A DNA stretch of 38,564 bases from NCBI GenBank assembly GCA_964619725.1, contig CAZUFC010000084.1:1-38564 (forward strand), read 5' to 3'. The first letter of the stretch is position 1. Each line of letters begins with the position of its first letter. Of this stretch, positions 18,090 through 27,216 are shown piece after piece. Origin of the DNA: an uncultured bacterium. GTDB lineage: Bacteria; CSSED10-310; CAZUFC01. The notes beneath the pieces were generated by a model. It did no database searches. It was not told where the DNA came from and saw only the letters and a program-made list of their open reading frames with translations. The translations under genes were made by a program, and so were the position numbers.

Positions 18090-18127
18090 TGCCGATAGAA
18101 GGACGGAGCTTTACTCAAGGAGGAATA

Positions 18128-18265
18128 ATGGAGAGGCTTTCAAGTATTGATGACATGCGCAAACAAGTCTCCGTCGGGGGAAATGGGATACAAGTTTTAT
18201 CGGGGATTATCGATCCGAATAGAGGAGAACCGGCAACAAGTCAACAAGGAGACAAAGAAGTATGA
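18128..18265 (+). CDS. Putative 45-aa small protein (not in ORF track)
   Basis: AAGGAGG SD 4 nt before ATG; stop overlaps the cheX start (ATGA). Confidence 0.4.
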   Translation: MERLSSIDDMRKQVSVGGNGIQVLSGIIDPNRGEPATSQQGDKEV

Positions 18266-18762
18266 CAGTACAGCAATGCGAGGAGCTGGAAAGGGAGTTT
18301 GCGCTGATAAAGAACTGCGTGAAAGAATCCGCCCTGTCGACATTACCGACGGCCTGCAATACGGAGATAACTTATGAAGGGCCTGGTGAAGTTAATCAAA
18401 CCTTTGACGGAATAATCGGCGTGATATCGTTGATAGGAGACGGTTTATGGGTGCTGATGATCGGTTTGCCGAAGGAAACGGCTGAACCGGTGGCAGTGAA
18501 TTTTGCGGGTTTTGAGGTTCCTTTCGAAGGCGAAGATATGGGCGACATAGTGGGCGAATTGGCGAACATAATGGCGGGAGACCTGGTAGCTCGCATGGAA
18601 ATGGAAGGAATAAAGGTCCAAATGTCGTTACCCTCGGTAGCCAGAGGCAGCAGGGTTGAAATGATAATGCCGGGAAAACCTCCAAGTTTTACGCAGAAAT
18701 ATTCGTGCGAGTTAGGCGATTTTTGGATCAGAGTGGCGACTCGGGAGAAAGAAAACCATTAG
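18262..18762 (+). CDS. cheX: CheY-P phosphatase CheX family
   Basis: GIIGVISLIG, DIVGELANIMAG (ExxN), MSLPSVARG. Confidence 0.88.
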   Translation: MTVQQCEELEREFALIKNCVKESALSTLPTACNTEITYEGPGEVNQTFDGIIGVISLIGDGLWVLMIGLPKETAEPVAVNFAGFEVPFEGEDMGDIVGELANIMAGDLVARMEMEGIKVQMSLPSVARGSRVEMIMPGKPPSFTQKYSCELGDFWIRVATREKENH

Positions 18763-18774
18763 AGGAGGTTCAAT

Positions 18775-21720
18775 ATGGAGGATGCTGATTTAATTTATAT
18801 TAAAAAAATAAAAGAAATAAGAGGTGAAATAAATTGCCTTAATCCTGACGATCAGGAATCTTTGATTAAAATCGGAGCGTGTCTTGAGAGCCTGATCCAG
18901 GAACTGCCGCAGTCTTCACAGCTTGCCGCGGAAGCCATCGGCCTTAGTTTGGAAGGATTGCAGGCTATTTATAATAAGGAAATTTCAAATCCAGCGGAAT
19001 TGGTTATCTTAATTTCCCGAATGACCGAAGCTTTGGAAAAATTTCTGACGGAGAAGGAGCAGGAACCGTTAGACCGTATTAAAGCGGAATTAAAAAGTAA
19101 TTTGAGCTGCGGCGCTGCGGAGGAGAATTCGGGTATTTCAGAAAATGAGAGTGATGAGGAAGAGCCAGGGGAGCGTCTTGAAGCGGAAATTGAGGGATCG
19201 GAGCAAGGTGAGGAGTTAGAATCTGAAGGAGCTGCGGGAGAGGATACTGAATGCGATGAAGCGGCAGCATGCGGAAATCAGGATGAGGAAACAGCCCATG
19301 ATGCCGGTTGTGAAGAGGAGATAGAGCAGTCAGAAAATACAGTTTCTGCAGAGGACATGAATGAAGATGCTGAATCTGCTGCAACGGTTGAAGACGATAG
19401 TGAATGCGTTGAAGAGGAAATTATTGCGGAATCACAGACGGAAGAAGATGCTGCTTTTGAAGATATTAATTATTCGGATATGAACCTGAATGATGTCGCC
19501 GCCTTGCTTATACAATTTGAAACAACAGATGCAAGGGGACTCGAAATAATCAGGGATGCCTTGAGTCATATAGCTTCACGTGATGATTCTAAGGAAGTAG
19601 CGGGCATTCTGGCCGATCAGGTTACAGAGATCGTAGCGACTTCAGATTTCGGCGATGAGGAATCGGTAATTGGGGCTCATGCTGAAATCGGAAAGCTTCT
19701 GGAAAAAGTTCTGTACGAAATTGAGACGCTAGACGAAGCAGATACCGCTGTTTTGCCGGAAGAAGAGCGCATGGAAACGGAAGAAGCGGATGACCATGCC
19801 GAGGTTCTGCATAGGGATACTGTTGAAGAAGTTGAGACGATTTCCATGTCTGAGAGAGAGTACGAAGTTGAGACGATAATGGATTCAATGGAGGAAGAAT
19901 CAGAGTGCGAGGATTCGTTCGGTAAGCTGCCGGAAGATACTGATGCGGATTTGATGAATGATTTTATCACGGAATGTCGGGAATTGATTCAGGGCGCAGA
20001 GGCGGCCCTGTTGACTTTGGAGACGGACCCGGAAGACCAGGAAGCGGTAAACACAGTATTCCGGGCTTTTCATACAGTCAAGGGAACCTCTGCCTTTTTG
20101 GGATTGAACGGCATTTCGGAATTGGCTCACAGTGCAGAAAATTTGATGAGTCGAATACGCGACGGAGAGATGAAGTACAATCAGGGGCATGCTGATTTAT
20201 CTCTTCGGGCTGTCGATATGCTTACTGATTTAATTCAGAACGTCGAGGATGCACTGGGCGGGGAATCTTTGTTAAAACCGGAGGGATATGATGATCTGTT
20301 AAGGATACTTTCGAATCCGGAAGCCGCTCCGAGGGTAGGCGATATTCTGGTAGCCGGCGGGCAATCCAGGCGTGACGAAGTAGAAAGCGCCGCTCTTTCT
20401 CAGGGGAAGGAGCCCATAGGCGTATCGCTGATAAGGTCGAAAACGTCGCAAAGTTCTGATGTAGGTAAGGCCCTGCGAACGCAAAGGAACTTACAGAACT
20501 CAAGTTCAAGGGTGGAGTCTTCTGTTCGCGTGCGGACAGACAGGCTGGACAGTTTGATCGACATGGTGGGCGAACTGGTGATAGCGCATTCCATGGTTTC
20601 TCAGGATAAGACCGTACAGGAAGGTAAAGAACATGAACTGGTGAGGAAGGTGGCTCATACGGGTAAGATAGTCAGAGAACTGCAGGACTTATGTATGGCG
20701 ATGCGTATGGTTCCTTTGAAAGGTACATTCCAGAAGATGACGAGGCTGGTTCGCGACCTGGCGCGCAAGGGCAACAAAAAAGTTAATTTCATCACAGAGG
20801 GTGTAGATACGGAAATAGACCGGAACATGGTCGATGTAATCAATGATCCTCTGATTCACATGATGCGGAATTCCGTGGACCATGGAATAGAGAGTCCCGA
20901 TGAACGTCAGGAGGCGAACAAGCCTGAAGAGGGATTAATAAAACTTTCCGCATATCATTCCGGAGGCAATGTGGTTGTGGAAGTGACCGATGACGGCGCC
21001 GGGATCAACAAAAAACGTGTTCTTGAAAAAGCGCTTTCCAAAGGAGTTATCGAAAAGGAACATAACTTGACCGACAACGAAATTTACAATCTTATCTTTG
21101 AACCCGGATTTTCCACTGCAGAAAAAATTACCGGCGTATCGGGCCGCGGCGTCGGAATGGATGTTGTGAAAAAGAACATTGAGAAGTTGCGAGGCAGAAT
21201 AGATATAACTTCCCATGAAGGAAAGGGCACCCGTTTCACGCTGAGGTTGCCTTTGACGCTGGCCATAACGGATGGAATGCTGGTGAAAGTGGGGGATCAG
21301 AGGTATATCATGCCGACCGTCGGAATACACATGACATTCAGGCCCGAACCTGAAGCTATTTCACCCGTTTTCGGACGCGGCGAAATGGTTATGTTCAGAA
21401 AAGAACTCCTGCCGGTTATACGACTGCACAAGCTCTTCGAAATCGATAGCGCTATTGAGGACCTTACTAAGGGGTTGCTCGTCGTAGTCGGCGATAAAAA
21501 TCAGCGATCCGCTTTGTTGGTGGATGAATTGCTGGGACAACAGCAGGTTGTGGCCAAGTCTCTGGGCAAAGGGATCGATAAAATTGAAGGTATTGCCGGA
21601 GGAGCCATTCTGGGCGACGGAAGGGTCGGATTGATACTTGATCCGGTTAAAATCGCCTCAATCGCCAAAAAATCCGGCGAAAAAAAATCTGATTTGGAAA
21701 ACATACGTGCGGCCGCTTGA
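18775..21720 (+). CDS. cheA: Chemotaxis histidine kinase CheA with long acidic N-terminal extension
   Basis: HPt FRAFHTVKG, dimerisation SVRV..RLDSLIDMVGELVI, HMMRNSVDHGIE, DDGAG, GFSTA, SGRGVGMDVV, C-terminal CheW domain. Confidence 0.97.
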   Translation: MEDADLIYIKKIKEIRGEINCLNPDDQESLIKIGACLESLIQELPQSSQLAAEAIGLSLEGLQAIYNKEISNPAELVILISRMTEALEKFLTEKEQEPLDRIKAELKSNLSCGAAEENSGISENESDEEEPGERLEAEIEGSEQGEELESEGAAGEDTECDEAAACGNQDEETAHDAGCEEEIEQSENTVSAEDMNEDAESAATVEDDSECVEEEIIAESQTEEDAAFEDINYSDMNLNDVAALLIQFETTDARGLEIIRDALSHIASRDDSKEVAGILADQVTEIVATSDFGDEESVIGAHAEIGKLLEKVLYEIETLDEADTAVLPEEERMETEEADDHAEVLHRDTVEEVETISMSEREYEVETIMDSMEEESECEDSFGKLPEDTDADLMNDFITECRELIQGAEAALLTLETDPEDQEAVNTVFRAFHTVKGTSAFLGLNGISELAHSAENLMSRIRDGEMKYNQGHADLSLRAVDMLTDLIQNVEDALGGESLLKPEGYDDLLRILSNPEAAPRVGDILVAGGQSRRDEVESAALSQGKEPIGVSLIRSKTSQSSDVGKALRTQRNLQNSSSRVESSVRVRTDRLDSLIDMVGELVIAHSMVSQDKTVQEGKEHELVRKVAHTGKIVRELQDLCMAMRMVPLKGTFQKMTRLVRDLARKGNKKVNFITEGVDTEIDRNMVDVINDPLIHMMRNSVDHGIESPDERQEANKPEEGLIKLSAYHSGGNVVVEVTDDGAGINKKRVLEKALSKGVIEKEHNLTDNEIYNLIFEPGFSTAEKITGVSGRGVGMDVVKKNIEKLRGRIDITSHEGKGTRFTLRLPLTLAITDGMLVKVGDQRYIMPTVGIHMTFRPEPEAISPVFGRGEMVMFRKELLPVIRLHKLFEIDSAIEDLTKGLLVVVGDKNQRSALLVDELLGQQQVVAKSLGKGIDKIEGIAGGAILGDGRVGLILDPVKIASIAKKSGEKKSDLENIRAAA

Positions 21721-21818
21721 CGGTTGCCTTGGAGGATCATGCCGCCGGTTGAACAGATCGACATCTCATTCTGAGCTCCGGCGCTCAATATAAAAATCAT
21801 GAAAGGAGAAAGGGCAAA

Positions 21819-22379
21819 ATGAGCCAAGTATCGGGAACCAAAGAAATTAACGGAGAGAAAAAAAGTAAGACCGAAGGAGGGAAATTCCTGACCTTCTTCC
21901 TGGCGGGCGAAGAATATGGACTGGAAATACTCAAAGTCAGAGAGATTATAGGCATGATGGACATAACTGCAGTTCCCCGTACGCCGGATTACGTCAAGGG
22001 CGTAGTGAACCTGAGAGGAAAAGTGATCCCCACTTTAGACCTCCGGTTGAAATTCGGGTTCCAGGCTACGGAGCATACGGAAGAAACGTGCATTATCGTT
22101 GTCGACGTTCAGGGAATGGAAATGGGCATCATCGTCGATAAGGTTTCTGAAGTGCTGGATATCATGGGCGAAGACATTGAAGATGCTCCGACCTTCGGCG
22201 ATGAGGTCAATACCGATTTCATCCTCGGCATAGGCAAATCCGAAGGCAAAGTAAAGCTTCTGCTCGATATCGACAAAGTTGTTTTGAATCAGGAGGTTCT
22301 GGATATTCGGAACAGCGCTGTCCTCTCTGGCGCTGAAGGAAATAAAGAAGAAAAGCTCGACAACGCTAAGGCGGCATAG
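21819..22379 (+). CDS. cheW: Chemotaxis coupling protein CheW
   Basis: FLTFFLAGEEYG, VREII, VPRTP.YVKGVVNLRGKVIP, GIIVDKVSEV. Confidence 0.96.
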   Translation: MSQVSGTKEINGEKKSKTEGGKFLTFFLAGEEYGLEILKVREIIGMMDITAVPRTPDYVKGVVNLRGKVIPTLDLRLKFGFQATEHTEETCIIVVDVQGMEMGIIVDKVSEVLDIMGEDIEDAPTFGDEVNTDFILGIGKSEGKVKLLLDIDKVVLNQEVLDIRNSAVLSGAEGNKEEKLDNAKAA

Positions 22380-22513
22380 AGCGGCATCGCAGATATAAAT
22401 GTCGATGCCGGGGGTTCTCTCAGCGCACGCGTTTGCTGCTGAAAACATCTGCGTTTTATCGACATGCATCTGTGTTTACTCCACCCTTTCAGAACAGGAG
22501 AATCGATTAACTT

Positions 22514-23152
22514 ATGGCTTTTACCTTTTTTTTCCGAGACAGAAAAACGCTGGAACTGATCGCGAAAAGTTTAGTCCCTCATGTTGTCGGAAGAAGCCGA
22601 ATAAAAATATGGGACGCCGGTTGCGCCATGGGACCGGAACCCTATTCGCTGGCTATCATTCTTGCTGAAAACATGGGCGAATTTTCTTTCAAAAATATAA
22701 AGATTTACGCTACCGACAAGGACACGAACGACGCTTTCGGTCCCACCATTTCCAAAGGCGTTTATCCCGAGGAGCAACTTAAAAGAATTCCCAAAAACCT
22801 CTTTAACAAATACTTCTCAACCGCTGACAAAACAGGATGGTACAAAATAGAATATAAAATTAAAAACGCGGTTCAGTTCAAAAAACATGATCTGCTTTCT
22901 TTGCAGACAATCGGCAGCGAATTCAGCCTCGTCATGTGCAAAAACGTCCTGCTCCACTTCAGTCCCCGGCAACGGATAGACGTCATCAAAATGTTCTATG
23001 ATTCGCTAGCTCCGGGAGGATTGCTCGCTATGGAGCAAACGCAAAAATTGCCGGATGAGTTGAATAATATGTTTGAGCCGGCTGCGTCCGGAGGGCAGAT
23101 ACTGCGAAAATTGGAGCAGCAAGAGGAGGCGAGGCTGGAAAGATGCGCATGA
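22514..23152 (+). CDS. cheR: Short CheR-type SAM methyltransferase lacking the N-terminal helical domain
   Basis: FFRD, IWDAGCAMGPEPYSLA, IYATD, HDLL, CKNVLLHF, LAPGG; only 212 aa. Confidence 0.85.
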   Translation: MAFTFFFRDRKTLELIAKSLVPHVVGRSRIKIWDAGCAMGPEPYSLAIILAENMGEFSFKNIKIYATDKDTNDAFGPTISKGVYPEEQLKRIPKNLFNKYFSTADKTGWYKIEYKIKNAVQFKKHDLLSLQTIGSEFSLVMCKNVLLHFSPRQRIDVIKMFYDSLAPGGLLAMEQTQKLPDELNNMFEPAASGGQILRKLEQQEEARLERCA

Positions 23153-23390
23153 AGGATGACGCATTCATCAAAAATAAAAGTGGTTCGTCGCAACAAGACG
23201 AAACTTTTATCCAAACCGTTAAAATATATGAAGATAGAGATTTAAATCAGCAAACAGATTAAAAAAGAAAGGAGTTGCATGCGGAACGAACAAGTAACGC
23301 TATGGGGTTAAGCGCCAGGGTCTTCTTTGAAGAAACTAAGGAGATTTGGAACAGTCAATAATTTTGTCGAAAAAATAAAAGGGGTTACAA

Positions 23391-26300
23391 ATGGCTGAAA
23401 GCAAAACTAAAACACAAACCAAAAAAAAGGATGGGCTTGGAATCGACGAGATTTTCAAAGCCATTCCAACCACTATGTTTACCGTGGACGAGAATCTTAT
23501 AGTCACTCATATAAGCGACGAAACTCTGGAATTTCTGGGTTATGAAAGAACCCAGGTCGTCGGAAAGATGACCTGTGAGGAATTATGCAAAACTGAATTG
23601 TGCGGAACCGAAAAATGCACGATAAAGCAATGCATGGAAACGGGAGAGAAAATAAAAACCAATGCATTCGCGGTAAGCAGCACTGGAGAAAAACGGCCCG
23701 TAACGGCTCTTTGCAGCGCTTTGTTCGATAATGCAGGGAAAGCCGTCGGCGGCATGGAAGTGATTTTTGACCGAAGCGATCAGCAAAGCGCCATGGATGA
23801 GTTAAATCGGTTGATCGGCGCGGTCAAGGAAGGCATATTGGACGAAAGAGCTGATATGGATAAGGCTGCCGGGGATTTTAGGGAAATCTTTGGGGGCATA
23901 AATGAGATGCTGGATGAAGTTATCGGACCGTTGAACGTGGCGGCGGAGTATGTATATGGAATAGCGGCGGGCGAGATACCTGAGACGATCACGGACGAAT
24001 TCAAGGGCGATTTCAATGAGATCAAGAATAATTTGAATCAATGCATAGATGCGGTAAACGCTTTGGTGTCAGATACGCAGATGCTTGCTGCTGCGGCATC
24101 CCGAGAAGAGTTCGACACTCGGGCCGATGTAGAGAAACATAACGGTGACTACCGAAAGGTGGTGGAAGGGGTTAATCAGACATTCGATTTAGTGGCTTCG
24201 AAGCTTTACCTTTACGAGTCATCTCTGGATGCCATACCTTTTCCTGTTTCGGTAACGGACAACGACATGAACTGGCTGTTTTTTAATAAAGCCGTTGAAG
24301 AGTTGACGGGATTGAAGCGCGAAGAGATGCTGGGCAAGCATTGCAGCCACTGGAATGCTGACATCTGCAACACGGAGAGATGCGGGATTCAGATGCTGGG
24401 CAACGGCGAACCGACCAGTTTCTTCAAGCAACCCGGACAGGACATGGATTTCAGAGTTGATACCCAATACATTCGCGACAGGGAAGGGGAACGGATCGGA
24501 CATATCGAAGTGATCCAGGATATAACGGAGTCTAACAGGGTCAGGGAATATCAGGAGCAGGAAGTATCTCATCTGGCGAACAATCTGGCCAGAATGGCCA
24601 AAGGCGACCTGAATTTCGATACAACTGTTGGTGAGGGGAATCAATATACGGAAGAAGTAAGAAAAAATTTCCTCAAGATAAAAGAAACTCTGGATCAATC
24701 GGTTCATGCAATACGGGACCTGGTGAACGAAGCGAATATTCTTACGAATGCGGCAAGTGAAGGTAAATTGGACGTTCGAGGCGAAGCATCCAAATTTGAA
24801 GGCGACTATGCTGATATTCTAAACGGCTTTAATGCAACTCTTGACGCAGTGATAGGGCCGTTGAACGTAGCGGCAGAATATGTGGACAGGATATCGAAAG
24901 GCGATGTTCCAGAGAAGATCACTGACGATTACAAAGGCGATTTCAACGAGATAAAGAACAACCTGAATCAGTGTATCGATGCGCTCAATCTTCTGGTCGG
25001 AGAGATGAACGGAATGTATGAAGCTCAGAAGGCGGGCGATATAGACGCAAAGATCGAAAGCGAGAAGTTTGACGGCGTATACCAGAAAGTTGCGGATGGA
25101 TATAACGAAGCAGTGCACCTGCATGTGAGCAACATTCTGAAAATCCTGACGATCATCGGAGAGTATGCGGAAGGTAACTTTGAGTCTACGCTAGAGAAAT
25201 TGCCGGGCAAGCAGAAAATCGCCAACGAAAGGCTTGATATGCTTCGGGATAATCTTTTGGGATTAATCAATGAGCTTAACATGCTGGCAGAGGCGGCGAC
25301 GGCGGGTAAGCTGGCGGCCCGAGGCGATGCAGATAAGTTCAAGGGCGAGTATTGCAATATCATTAAGGGGATGAACAATACGCTCGATGCAGTGATCAGG
25401 CCGCTGAACATGGCGGCAGAGTATGTGGACAGGATATCGAAGGGCGACGTTCCTGAGAAGATCACAGACGTTTACAACGGCGATTTCAACGAGATTAAAA
25501 ATAACCTGAACCAATGCATCAACGGGTTAGGCGGATTAGTGGAAAGCAATGAAGTGTTGCAGAAGATGTCGGTAAACGATTACAGTTCAGAGGTGAAGGG
25601 TAATTATGAGGGAGTATTCGCCGATATCGCAAAAGCGGTCAATGACGTGCAGGGACGACTGCTTCATTTGCAGGGTACGGCACAGAACATTGCTGCAGGG
25701 GATTTGAAGGACCTGGAAAATTACAAGCAAATCGGCAACGGGACGGGCCGCCGGTCCGAGAACGATCAGCTTGTTCCGACTTACATCAAGATGATGGAGA
25801 GCATTAAAGGTTTAGTGGATGAAGTAGGAATGCTGGCAGCTTCTGCAGTTGAAGGAAAACTGGGAATGCGGGGCGATGCACAGAAATTCCAGGGAGATTT
25901 CGCTGCAGTGGTAGACGGTATCAATGCTACGCTGGATGCTGTGATTAATCCGATAAATGAAGCTGCTGCCGTTCTGGAAAAGGTTGCGGATAAAGACATG
26001 ACGGTCCGCATGGAAGGCGATTACAAGGGTGATCTGGCGAAAATCAAGAAAGCGTTGAATACTGCGGTACAAAATTTGGATGAAGGGCTTGAGCAAATAG
26101 CGGCATCTTCCGATCAGGTCGCTACGGCATCGGGACAAATAGGTTCGGGCAGCCAGGCAGTGGCCCAGGGGGCATCCGAACAGGCTAGTTCGCTTGAGGA
26201 AATAGCGGGTAATCTTCAGGAGATGGCCTCCATGACGAAACAGAATACGGCCAATGCGAAAGAAGCGAAGGGGTTGTCAGACGGGGCGAAAAACACGGCG

Positions 26301-27110
26301 ACCAAAGGTGTGGAGAGTATGAACAGGCTTTCTGAGGCGATTACCAGAATAAAAAGTTCTTCTGATGATACGGCTAAAATCGTTAAAACGATTGACGAGA
26401 TTGCATTTCAGACGAATCTGCTGGCTTTGAACGCTGCAGTAGAAGCGGCCCGGGCCGGCGATGCGGGTAAAGGATTCGCTGTCGTGGCGGAAGAAGTGCG
26501 CAATCTGGCGATGCGTTCGGCTGAAGCGGCCAAGAATACGGCCAACCTGATTGAAGGATCGGTTAAGAATGCAGACGACGGAGTTGAGTTGAATCAGGAA
26601 GCGCTGAAGAATCTGGATGAAATTAACGATCAAGTCAATAAAGTCGGTGAAGTAATGGCGGAAATAGCAGCGGCATCAGATCAGCAATCTTCAGGGATAG
26701 AACAGATTAACACTGCCGTAGATGAGATGAACCAGGTTACTCAGCAGAATGCCGCCAACTCGGAAGAATCCGCCAGCGCCGCCCAGGAAATGTCAGGCCA
26801 GGCGGAAGAGATGAGGGCGCTGATAAACACTTTCCGCCTGACGGGAATGCAAGCGGGAGCGGTAAAAAAACGGTACGGCGCATACACAAAGGAGCAGGAC
26901 AACGTTCATAGAATCAATCAATTTAAATTTTCCAACCGCCAGGAAGCAAATGCGCACGGTACGGGAGGGCAGACTCAGACATCTCAGAACAGGTCATGGC
27001 GCCGGCCTGGACAACCTCATGAGGCGTCGAACCGTGCAGATCAAAATGCGGAAAAGGTGATTCCGTTCAGAGATGACGACGATGCAAAGGAGATGCTTCA
27101 GAACTTTTGA
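23391..27110 (+). CDS. Soluble methyl-accepting chemotaxis protein with two PAS domains and repeated HAMP-like units
   Basis: [40 protein letters not shown] hairpin tip; no TM segment; PAS-like segments; repeated [11 protein letters not shown] units. Confidence 0.96.
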   Translation: MAESKTKTQTKKKDGLGIDEIFKAIPTTMFTVDENLIVTHISDETLEFLGYERTQVVGKMTCEELCKTELCGTEKCTIKQCMETGEKIKTNAFAVSSTGEKRPVTALCSALFDNAGKAVGGMEVIFDRSDQQSAMDELNRLIGAVKEGILDERADMDKAAGDFREIFGGINEMLDEVIGPLNVAAEYVYGIAAGEIPETITDEFKGDFNEIKNNLNQCIDAVNALVSDTQMLAAAASREEFDTRADVEKHNGDYRKVVEGVNQTFDLVASKLYLYESSLDAIPFPVSVTDNDMNWLFFNKAVEELTGLKREEMLGKHCSHWNADICNTERCGIQMLGNGEPTSFFKQPGQDMDFRVDTQYIRDREGERIGHIEVIQDITESNRVREYQEQEVSHLANNLARMAKGDLNFDTTVGEGNQYTEEVRKNFLKIKETLDQSVHAIRDLVNEANILTNAASEGKLDVRGEASKFEGDYADILNGFNATLDAVIGPLNVAAEYVDRISKGDVPEKITDDYKGDFNEIKNNLNQCIDALNLLVGEMNGMYEAQKAGDIDAKIESEKFDGVYQKVADGYNEAVHLHVSNILKILTIIGEYAEGNFESTLEKLPGKQKIANERLDMLRDNLLGLINELNMLAEAATAGKLAARGDADKFKGEYCNIIKGMNNTLDAVIRPLNMAAEYVDRISKGDVPEKITDVYNGDFNEIKNNLNQCINGLGGLVESNEVLQKMSVNDYSSEVKGNYEGVFADIAKAVNDVQGRLLHLQGTAQNIAAGDLKDLENYKQIGNGTGRRSENDQLVPTYIKMMESIKGLVDEVGMLAASAVEGKLGMRGDAQKFQGDFAAVVDGINATLDAVINPINEAAAVLEKVADKDMTVRMEGDYKGDLAKIKKALNTAVQNLDEGLEQIAASSDQVATASGQIGSGSQAVAQGASEQASSLEEIAGNLQEMASMTKQNTANAKEAKGLSDGAKNTATKGVESMNRLSEAITRIKSSSDDTAKIVKTIDEIAFQTNLLALNAAVEAARAGDAGKGFAVVAEEVRNLAMRSAEAAKNTANLIEGSVKNADDGVELNQEALKNLDEINDQVNKVGEVMAEIAAASDQQSSGIEQINTAVDEMNQVTQQNAANSEESASAAQEMSGQAEEMRALINTFRLTGMQAGAVKKRYGAYTKEQDNVHRINQFKFSNRQEANAHGTGGQTQTSQNRSWRRPGQPHEASNRADQNAEKVIPFRDDDDAKEMLQNF
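23910..25523 (+). repeat. Three intragenic copies of a ~47-aa HAMP-like unit in the MCP
   Basis: LDxVIxPLNxAAEYV..I..G..PE.ITD...[14 protein letters not shown] starting near 23910, 24840 and 25383. Confidence 0.9.
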
Positions 27111-27149
27111 TTCTTCAATAGCGAACGTTCTTAATTGAAAGCGTTAATG

Positions 27150-27179
27150 CCGGGCTCCCGTTTTTCGACGGGAGCCCGG
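27150..27179. other. Perfect 12-bp GC-rich hairpin between mcp and cheR
   Basis: CCGGGCTCCCGT-TTTTCG-ACGGGAGCCCGG; no following U-tract on + strand. Confidence 0.8.
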
Positions 27180-27216
27180 AGCAGGGGAAAAACAGAGCTT
27201 GTTTGAAGGGGGGAAG

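Noticed and set aside
18072-18098. GCCGATAG sigma28-like -10 box after cheY
   Set aside because: No TAAA-like -35 element at the proper spacing.
22399-22668. 89-aa track ORF between cheW and the short cheR, considered as the missing CheR N-terminal domain
   Set aside because: Different frame and no resemblance to the CheR N-terminal helical domain; likely spurious.
23153-23390. Possible c-di-GMP riboswitch upstream of the MCP
   Set aside because: No GEMM consensus (GGCAAAC...GAAA...GACGCAAAGC) found.
23910-25523. Regularly recurring DNA repeats considered as a CRISPR-like or DGR-like array
   Set aside because: They are in-frame protein repeats with synonymous divergence; no cas or reverse transcriptase gene is present.
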